IMG/VR virus record: IMGVR_UViG_3300030376_006003
Location: 32,001 to 96,000 of that record
Direction: 5' to 3' (one strand)
From: a virus
Taxonomy: Duplodnaviria; Caudoviricetes
DNA: 64,000 nt
The notes below the pieces were generated by a model. It had not been told where the DNA came from, did no database searches, and saw only the letters and a program-made list of their open reading frames with translations. Position numbers and translations under genes: made by a program. Shown one piece after another: positions 9,646 to 17,706 of the stretch; position 1 is the stretch's first letter; each line of letters begins with the position of its first letter.

Positions 9646-12600
9646 TCAACCTGTTATTTGTATATTAGCTCCTGCCTTCATTAACTCATAATATAAATCC
9701 ATATCTATTTCAGCTTCTTGTTCTCCTCCATACTTAGCAGTAGTTCCAACTTTTTTAGTACTACTCATATTTTCTGTAACTAGAGGTGCTTTCTTATCTG
9801 TAACAGCATCTGCAACTTGTGTACCAACACTTTTAGTAGTATCCATAACACCAGCATATCCTGCTGTATCTTTTGCTAATGAAGTAGTTGCTGATGCTAA
9901 ACCATATCCAGGTATTGCAGATGTTGCATTTAATACAGCATTTTCTGTATGTACTTTTCTTTGTTCTGATCCTTCTGGTGCTGCATATGCTCTAGTTCCA
10001 GATATAGCTGAATTAAGAAGATCTGCTCCTGCTGCAATAGGTCCTGAATAATCTTGCATGCCTGCTACAGTTAACCCTGTCTGTGTATAATCTAAAGCTT
10101 TATTAACTGATTCATTTTCAGAAATAGTTTTTTTAGTAGATTCTCCTTTATAGTCAGGAATAAATCCTTGCTCTCCTTTTAACCATCCTTTTAAATTCCA
10201 ATTACCTCCATCATTCATTGTTGGTAATTGACCTCCCCATTTCATACCTGGACATGTTCCTGGTATTGCACATTCTGGTCCTGTTCCTTTTCCATCAGGA
10301 TCATCATAAGGTAAAACTGGAGCACTATAATCTGCTTTAGAGTTTTCTTCATTTGTTGGTCCTACAGGTCTATCGTATGCGTCACATAAAACAGCTCCTT
10401 CTGATCCTGTGTTTCCTCCTCTTAGAAATTTACGTAACTCACCACCTTTTGTATATATACCATAGTCTATAGAATCTTTTGTTTTAAGATATATATCATC
10501 TTCACTTTTATAACCAGTCTTTATTTTTCCGTCTCTAAGATCTTTTTCATACAAGAGTACATCATCATAACCAGCCTCTGTTGCTGCCTTTTTTAAGAGT
10601 TCCTTCTTTTTTGCTTCTTCATTCCTTAAACCATCTGTACTAGATAATCCCCAGTAAGTTAATGCTCCTAGTGTCAGGGGAATTCCTGCGTATTGTAATT
10701 TATTATGTTTTTTTCCATCTCCTATACGTAGACCAGGTCCACTGAATCCGCTTTTAATACCTCTCCATGTTGGAGAATGAATATCCCAATCACCTCCTAC
10801 TCTATCAATTGTGTAATTAAATATGCTTGAATTTTCTTTACCTAATTCTGTATAAAATCTATTTGTTTCATCAACCTTCTCTCTTCCTATTGCATTTAAA
10901 CCTCTTAGTTTAACTCTAGTATTAAAGTTATAATCTGGTTCAAGTATAGATTCAGGTTTAAAGTCTGGATCATTTTTAAACTTATTGGTTCTTAAACCAC
11001 CTTCATTTACATCAAAGTCATAATGTTTCCATATATTTACAGTAGCTTCAGGATTATCTAATGTTTCTCCACTAATAACCCCTGGATATTTCTCTCCAAA
11101 ACCTCTTGTTGATCTTATAGCTGCATCATATAGAGAAGTACCTATACCTGTCTTTCTATATTCGTCTAACACACTCACCATTTCAACTGAAGAGGGTGCA
11201 TTTCTTTTATTTTTAAGATTTAAAAATCCTATAGTGTTAGATTTATCACTACCTATTGGTGTTTCATTAAAATTTATTTTAGTGAAACTAGGTGTTCTTT
11301 TTGCACTAAATAGTACATTATCTCCATAGTCAAATGCTAAAGGATTAATAGGTCTTAAACCTTCCCAAACATACTTAAAACCATTCCACACCCATTGCCC
11401 ACCTTTTTTAATTTTACCTGGTTGTGTAAGTCCCACCTGAGCTTTTGGTAATTCAGCACCATTTTTCATTTTACCTAAATACGTTTTTTGTTTATCTAGA
11501 TATTCATCTTTATATTTAAGAAAATCAACTTCAGGATTCATATAATTAACTACTCCTGATAGATCTGATTGTTGTTCCATTAATTCTTGACCTTGTTGAG
11601 CTTGACCAAATACTTTACCTGTTCCATATAAGCTATCTCCGTACCCTCCTTTATTTACATCATAGAATCCTTTTGATCCTGTTCCTGCAGTTTCTTCCAT
11701 TACTGGAGCTATATCTTCAGCAGATACAGATCTTTTAAACATTTCATTCTGCTTCTGAACATTTCTGTTATATATATCTTCTAAAAACGGAGCTGCTTTA
11801 TCTACAATAAATTCTGATGCCTTTCCATATATATCTGTTACAGCTCCTACAGCTCCAGTGTTAAAAAACTCTTTACCTTTATTCCAAGTGCTTTGTATAG
11901 GGCCATCACCATAACTAACATCAACACCCATATCTTGAGGATCATTCCAAACTCCTCCATTTCCTTCACACTGCTCTCTAGTTGTTGATACACCATCGCT
12001 ACATGAAAAACCTTTTGCAGCACCTTCCATGTCAGTACGGTTAGCAGGGTCTAATACTCTTGGGTTATTAGCATGTGCTTCATTCTTTTCTGCTATACTA
12101 GCATCAAACTCAGCATTATTATCATAGTCAGGACCTGGATCTTTATTTAAATGTGAATCACCTTTAAACCAATTTTTAAGTTTATTTATATTACTTGGTT
12201 CTTCCCAATTAGATTTTGGTTCTGGTTGAAGATCTATTTCTTTATTAGGGTCACCAAAAGATCCTGGTTGTGCCCAAGGCATATTCATAGCAGAAGTAGG
12301 ATCATTATACTCCTTATTAAAATTAGCTACAGGATTATCAAAATACATCTCTGATTGTGATGGAGGTAATTGTAATAAAGATTCTTTGTACATTCTTTCT
12401 TCTTTCTCATCAATAGTTTCTTCAGTTTCTTCACCATCTTGAAATTTACGCAGTGCTCCACCGTATCTATAATCAGTTTTAAAATTATTTTCAAATACAT
12501 CAAAGTTAGTTTCAAAGTCAGCAGTACGTCCACCTGATGCTTGATCATCTTGAGTAGCTCCTCCTCCTACTTGAAATCTTCTGAGCTCTCTACCATATCT

Positions 12601-13797
12601 AGCATCATCCTCTGATTTTTCTTTAGCCTCTCTATTTATTCTTTGTTGTTCTGTTTCTCCTTCAGTAACTATTGTTTCTGAATGCGGTCCATATATTTTA
12701 TCAGGATCATATTTATTCTGCTGAAGTTGTACATTAGTTGTTGGAGTACCTTCTGTCCAAACTGCACTATTAGCCTCACATTGTTCTCTTGTTGTAGATG
12801 TACCATCAGAACAAGAACTTGTAGTTTCTGTTACCTCATCAAAAGATGTAAATCCTGCTAATTTATTGTCTCCTTCTTTGTCAAAATCAAACAGCATTGT
12901 CTGAGCATTAACATCTCCAAGACCACCTTCACCTTTACCTTCCTCTATTATATCATACTGAGTTTGTGTTGACTTATCATAATCTACAGTACCATCTTCA
13001 TTGAAATAAGTATATGTACCATCTTCATTTTTTGTCTTTATACCAAATAAAGCATCTCCGGTCCAAACACCTCCGTTAGCTTCACAGTCAGCTCCGTTAG
13101 TATATTGAGGATCTGAACAACTTCCTTGATCAGGATTCCTATAATGCTCACTTCTTTTCTGACTAACTCTATAGTTAACACCATCAAACTTAGCTGTACC
13201 ATCTTCATTACGGTCCATCCAATTCCATTTACCGTGTGTTAACTCATCAGGTGTCCACCATAAATCTGAATTCCTCATGTCTCCTGATTCTATAAGCCTC
13301 TTTCTTTCTTTATTACTCATTCCAAGATACTTGGCAAAATTTTCTCCGTGTAATAAAGCATTCTCATCTCTAGTGTTTGTTAAATTTACTCTACCGTATT
13401 TCAATGCACCATCAGCATCAAACTTGGAATACTTACCTCCTGGAGTATAGTTATCTTTATCAAAAGCTCCTACAACATTACCAAAAAGATCTCCTGCTCC
13501 TTTAAACATATTCGCCATTAATCCCATAGGACCTAATCCTCCTAAACTATTATACTTGTCTCTGTCTCCTTGATTACCTACATTATTTTTCCACTCTTCT
13601 CTTACTCCATCAAAAGTACGGTCATACTGGTATTTATTGGTTGGTTTGATTTTACGTACAACATCATTAATATTAACTTGACCCGTTTCTTCATATTCAG
13701 GTAAAGTACCTCCACCTTTCATAAAGTGTTGATAACCACCTAAATATGGATAAACGTTAAAAGTTTGTTCTTTTTTCTTTCTCTTCTTTCCTGCCAT
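9646..13797 (-). CDS. Polyvalent virion cargo protein (1383 aa) with a GNAT-like module, Cys micro-repeats and a hydrophobic segment
   Basis: VSVLDEYRKTGIGTSLY matches GNAT motif A; three CSD..C..N..VW repeats; eight di-glycine-type motifs. Confidence 0.6.
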   Translation of the reverse strand: MAGKKRKKKEQTFNVYPYLGGYQHFMKGGGTLPEYEETGQVNINDVVRKIKPTNKYQYDRTFDGVREEWKNNVGNQGDRDKYNSLGGLGPMGLMANMFKGAGDLFGNVVGAFDKDNYTPGGKYSKFDADGALKYGRVNLTNTRDENALLHGENFAKYLGMSNKERKRLIESGDMRNSDLWWTPDELTHGKWNWMDRNEDGTAKFDGVNYRVSQKRSEHYRNPDQGSCSDPQYTNGADCEANGGVWTGDALFGIKTKNEDGTYTYFNEDGTVDYDKSTQTQYDIIEEGKGEGGLGDVNAQTMLFDFDKEGDNKLAGFTSFDEVTETTSSCSDGTSTTREQCEANSAVWTEGTPTTNVQLQQNKYDPDKIYGPHSETIVTEGETEQQRINREAKEKSEDDARYGRELRRFQVGGGATQDDQASGGRTADFETNFDVFENNFKTDYRYGGALRKFQDGEETEETIDEKEERMYKESLLQLPPSQSEMYFDNPVANFNKEYNDPTSAMNMPWAQPGSFGDPNKEIDLQPEPKSNWEEPSNINKLKNWFKGDSHLNKDPGPDYDNNAEFDASIAEKNEAHANNPRVLDPANRTDMEGAAKGFSCSDGVSTTREQCEGNGGVWNDPQDMGVDVSYGDGPIQSTWNKGKEFFNTGAVGAVTDIYGKASEFIVDKAAPFLEDIYNRNVQKQNEMFKRSVSAEDIAPVMEETAGTGSKGFYDVNKGGYGDSLYGTGKVFGQAQQGQELMEQQSDLSGVVNYMNPEVDFLKYKDEYLDKQKTYLGKMKNGAELPKAQVGLTQPGKIKKGGQWVWNGFKYVWEGLRPINPLAFDYGDNVLFSAKRTPSFTKINFNETPIGSDKSNTIGFLNLKNKRNAPSSVEMVSVLDEYRKTGIGTSLYDAAIRSTRGFGEKYPGVISGETLDNPEATVNIWKHYDFDVNEGGLRTNKFKNDPDFKPESILEPDYNFNTRVKLRGLNAIGREKVDETNRFYTELGKENSSIFNYTIDRVGGDWDIHSPTWRGIKSGFSGPGLRIGDGKKHNKLQYAGIPLTLGALTYWGLSSTDGLRNEEAKKKELLKKAATEAGYDDVLLYEKDLRDGKIKTGYKSEDDIYLKTKDSIDYGIYTKGGELRKFLRGGNTGSEGAVLCDAYDRPVGPTNEENSKADYSAPVLPYDDPDGKGTGPECAIPGTCPGMKWGGQLPTMNDGGNWNLKGWLKGEQGFIPDYKGESTKKTISENESVNKALDYTQTGLTVAGMQDYSGPIAAGADLLNSAISGTRAYAAPEGSEQRKVHTENAVLNATSAIPGYGLASATTSLAKDTAGYAGVMDTTKSVGTQVADAVTDKKAPLVTENMSSTKKVGTTAKYGGEQEAEIDMDLYYELMKAGANIQITG

Positions 13798-13825
13798 ACT
13801 ATTGATTCAGTTATAAAGTTACATT

Positions 13826-13835
13826 TATAATATAC
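13826..13835 (-). promoter_or_regulatory. Putative late promoter motif GTATATTATA
   Basis: Intergenic and upstream of the 13797 start; the same motif recurs at six other minus-strand intergenic sites. Confidence 0.5.
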
Positions 13836-13854
13836 TAAAAATCAAGCATATTAT

Positions 13855-16800
13855 CTAATTATTTAATGATTTCATATAATCAAGAACTGTCATTTTGCTA
13901 GCCTTAGCCTCATTATAATAGATGGTATTTAACCTATTATATATACTTTTTAGTTTGTTAAACTTTTTATCTTTATCTAAAATACCATTTACTCTAGTTT
14001 CATATAATAATATTTGGGAAGCTAATGATAAGCCATAATTATTACCATCTGTTTTATTAAACAAGTCTTTACTAACATTAATGTCACTTAAAGGCATACT
14101 TGCTCCACCATACTTCATAGGAGCAACTCTGTCTTTTACTTTTACTTCTGCTTTAGGTTTATTATCTAATAATCCAAAATTTTCCATTTCATTCTTTTCT
14201 GCTTGAGTTATAGTTTCACCTTTATTATATCTTGTTACTATATCTTTCATTCTTGAAAAGAATCTTTTCTGTTCCTGTTTTTGTTTAGTTATATCAACTA
14301 TATCATTATTATCATAATAAATTTTATTATCTTCAATATTTTCTGTTTGAACATTATATTCTATATAAGGTAATTGTACGTCATCATCATATCCTTTTTT
14401 GATTTTATATTTACCTAACATCCCTTCTATACTTTTTTCTGATCCCATCTTAAACTTAGGTAAAAAAGCTCCGTTTTCTAACATGTCTCCTATAACCTCA
14501 TCCTTTACATTAATGGAACCTCCAAACTTATAAGTAGGTATATTTTTAAAAGGTTCTCTTAGATCATGACTCTCCATAAAGAAAGGTGATTTACTTACAT
14601 CTAAATCAGGATTTAAATACCTATTAACCCTTTCTGTATATCCTCCTACAGAAATATCACCTTTGACTGACTCTTTAGAAAACTCACCTTTAGATAACTG
14701 ATCTCTCAGCTCAGGTTGACCTGCTCTATGTAATGCTGCTATTAATTGAAAATCTGAATATTGAGATGAAGCTTCTGGATAACTATGTCTAATTTGAAGA
14801 ATCTCCTGTGGATATACATCTGTAATAAGATATTGCATTAACTTTCTTTGATCATCTTTATTGTTAAGATAATTAGCTTTCCAATCTTGCTCTTCTTTAT
14901 ATCCTAAAACATCTTTACCGTACTTATTTAAATGTTCTATCTTTATTCCAAATCTACCTAATGCATCAGCACTGCTGACATGTGAATAAGCATCATCCAT
15001 ACCACTTTCATACTGTCCTAGGAATGGGTGATTATCTAAATCATATTGTCCTCCTGGTATAGTATTTCCAAACTCATCTAAATCTTTTCCTGTAACATAA
15101 ACTCTTCCTTCAGGTTTTTTATATTTAACTAGACTTCCTGTTTCAAGATGACCTATTGCTGATATTGTAGACCATAATTCATCTTCAGATATATTTTTAA
15201 AAGAATCTTTATACTTCTTTCTAGCCGTAGAGTATTCTACATGCTTATCAAAATCTGGACCACCTACTAATATTTGATCCCCTACCCACATTCTATTAAT
15301 ATTTTTTGCATAATTAGGTTGATCTTTAATATCAGAAAAATTACTATTTACAGAATTTAAAATACCTTGCTCATTCCACAAGTTATATTTTTCACTAATA
15401 TCTGACTTAGTGTCACCAGATTTAACTTTATATCTGTAATATGTTTTACCATTAATGGTTACTTCTTCTGTATCAGAATAATCTACAGCTCCTCCATTTT
15501 CATAGGCTTTGATTTGTCCACCAAGCTGAAAAGCTTTTATTGGACCACTTCCTATTTTATAGTCATGTGGTATTTCAAATTCATACCAGATATTACCTTG
15601 GTCATCACGGATCTCTTTATAATTATACTCTTTACCAAAAGTACCCTTCATTAATTTATTAAACTCTTTTTCTGTATACTTCTTTAATATTGTTTGATAA
15701 CTTTTACCGTATGAACTTATATCAAAAGGTTTTTTCTCATAAGGTTTTTCAATATGTTTAATTTCTCTTATATCATTTATATACTTCTTAGTATTAGGAT
15801 CATTATGTTCTCCAATAAATTTCCAAGAACCATCGTCTTGTATATGATATGTACCAGCTTGTAAATTTTTTGCAGTCTCTACTGGTATTTCCAAATGCTC
15901 CATTGTTTCATCATCCCCAGTTCTAACACTAGAGCGTGTATTTATAGTATACCTACCATCATTATCAAGAGCTATGTGATTATTTTTCCAGTGACCTATG
16001 TTTGCCGTATAAGCATCTATTTCTGCATCACTCCATCCACTTTTATAAAGTGATTCTCTATATGATGCATCATCTGCATAAACATCCCTCCTAGGCTTTG
16101 TTGTCTTTTTTGGAGCCCAGCCTTTTTCTTCATGTGTTATTCTTGGACTGTTATCCAGAGAGTATACTGAATTAACTTCTTTAGGTATACTTACAAAAGG
16201 ACCATGTCTTTTGGCTACTGTAGTATGACCATAAGTATTACCTGTATTCATACTATTTATTGCTTTTTCATATTCAGCAATATTTTCTAATGTCCATGGA
16301 TTTTCAAGTCTATCTGCCAATGATGCCTGACCGCCACCAAATCCTTCAATAGTTGCTACAGTACTAGCATGTGGAAATCTTACAGTTTGATAATTATTAT
16401 CTAATGCGTATCCAATAGTCTCTGAAAATAATCTTCTAGAATGATTTTTTTCTAAATTTTTTAATTGTGCAGTTTGAACATCACTTCTACTTTGTAGTAA
16501 GGCTTGAATTTTATCTCTATTAGATTCTGCATCTTTTAAACTACTTTTAAGATATTTTATTTCTTCTCTTGCTTGTGAAGTATAATTTTGCCATTGTTGG
16601 TTATCAGGCATTATACTATTTTGATCAGGTACAAAATTATCTATTTTATATTGTTTTGCATCTATTTTATTTTGAGCTTCAATAACATATTCATTAGATT
16701 TTTTAAGTTTAGCTAACAGAGGTCTTTGAAATTCATCTGATTGTATTTCCAGTATGTTAAAAGTTTTTCCATCTATAGAGAAAAATCTTGTATGTCCATA

Positions 16801-17706
16801 AGTTGGTCCAAGATCTTGTGTAGGAAAATGATTATCAGATACTGGATTACCTATTTTATCATTTTGCCAAAGTATTGTTTTGTTTTGAATACTATTATAT
16901 GCAAGTTCTGCTGCATCATATTCTTCTTGTGAAGGAGCAAGAGTACCACTCAGTTCATTTCTTTTATCAAAACCTAATTCTTTCATTCCTACATCAGCAT
17001 ACTTATCTACTTGTTTAGGAGTAAACTGAATTAAATTATTTTGAACTTGTTCTTCAAAAACTTTATAAGGTATTTTATACTTGTTTACATCGTCTACATT
17101 AGCAGGCACTGTTGCTATTACATCATCTATTGATTTTTTTAATACTGCTTTATCTGCTAAATTATCTACGTTATTTGAGAATTGTATTAAAGTATTAATA
17201 TTAACATTTCCACGCTTGTCAGTATTACGTAATATGCTGTTATCTCCCATTAAGGAGTTTATTTGTAATCCTCCTTTATTTTGTATACCATGTTTATTTA
17301 TATACCAATCCCATTCTTCAAAAGTTTTTGGTCTAACGCTAAGATCTGGCACGTTAAAAAGGTTTGGTTTATCTAAAATAGATGGAGGAGGAGTTCCAAA
17401 TATACTTGGAAATGTATTTTGTCCCCAATTTATAATTGGTCTTATTACATTTTTAGCATCTTTTACTTTTCTTACTTTATCAACTCCACCAAGCATTTGA
17501 TACTTGGGTAAAGGTATCTCATATACATCATTACCTGGAAACTTATATTCACCACCTGGCATCATTATCTGTTGGTTACCTTCATCGTCTATACCCAAAA
17601 CAGGATAATTAACTCCTTTCATAGTTATATTTCCATCTGCATCTGGAATTAAAGTATTTTTCCCAGGATGAGCCCACTGTCCATTTTTGTCTTTTATAAA
17701 TGTCAT
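13855..17706 (-). CDS. Polyvalent virion cargo protein (1283 aa) with a LysM domain and a lysozyme/transglycosylase-like domain
   Basis: YKVKSGDTKSDISEKY...INRMWVGDQIL is LysM-like. It is followed by AIGHLETG...SADALGRFGI, resembling the lysozyme-fold catalytic Glu and the AxGxxQ-like motif. An HTR...EIQSD motif lies in the N-terminal half. Confidence 0.65.
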   Translation of the reverse strand: MTFIKDKNGQWAHPGKNTLIPDADGNITMKGVNYPVLGIDDEGNQQIMMPGGEYKFPGNDVYEIPLPKYQMLGGVDKVRKVKDAKNVIRPIINWGQNTFPSIFGTPPPSILDKPNLFNVPDLSVRPKTFEEWDWYINKHGIQNKGGLQINSLMGDNSILRNTDKRGNVNINTLIQFSNNVDNLADKAVLKKSIDDVIATVPANVDDVNKYKIPYKVFEEQVQNNLIQFTPKQVDKYADVGMKELGFDKRNELSGTLAPSQEEYDAAELAYNSIQNKTILWQNDKIGNPVSDNHFPTQDLGPTYGHTRFFSIDGKTFNILEIQSDEFQRPLLAKLKKSNEYVIEAQNKIDAKQYKIDNFVPDQNSIMPDNQQWQNYTSQAREEIKYLKSSLKDAESNRDKIQALLQSRSDVQTAQLKNLEKNHSRRLFSETIGYALDNNYQTVRFPHASTVATIEGFGGGQASLADRLENPWTLENIAEYEKAINSMNTGNTYGHTTVAKRHGPFVSIPKEVNSVYSLDNSPRITHEEKGWAPKKTTKPRRDVYADDASYRESLYKSGWSDAEIDAYTANIGHWKNNHIALDNDGRYTINTRSSVRTGDDETMEHLEIPVETAKNLQAGTYHIQDDGSWKFIGEHNDPNTKKYINDIREIKHIEKPYEKKPFDISSYGKSYQTILKKYTEKEFNKLMKGTFGKEYNYKEIRDDQGNIWYEFEIPHDYKIGSGPIKAFQLGGQIKAYENGGAVDYSDTEEVTINGKTYYRYKVKSGDTKSDISEKYNLWNEQGILNSVNSNFSDIKDQPNYAKNINRMWVGDQILVGGPDFDKHVEYSTARKKYKDSFKNISEDELWSTISAIGHLETGSLVKYKKPEGRVYVTGKDLDEFGNTIPGGQYDLDNHPFLGQYESGMDDAYSHVSSADALGRFGIKIEHLNKYGKDVLGYKEEQDWKANYLNNKDDQRKLMQYLITDVYPQEILQIRHSYPEASSQYSDFQLIAALHRAGQPELRDQLSKGEFSKESVKGDISVGGYTERVNRYLNPDLDVSKSPFFMESHDLREPFKNIPTYKFGGSINVKDEVIGDMLENGAFLPKFKMGSEKSIEGMLGKYKIKKGYDDDVQLPYIEYNVQTENIEDNKIYYDNNDIVDITKQKQEQKRFFSRMKDIVTRYNKGETITQAEKNEMENFGLLDNKPKAEVKVKDRVAPMKYGGASMPLSDINVSKDLFNKTDGNNYGLSLASQILLYETRVNGILDKDKKFNKLKSIYNRLNTIYYNEAKASKMTVLDYMKSLNN

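Noticed and set aside
10410-10425. LRGG as a ubiquitin-like C-terminus
   Set aside because: It is internal, has no preceding beta-grasp domain, and is better explained as one instance of the repeated cargo motif.
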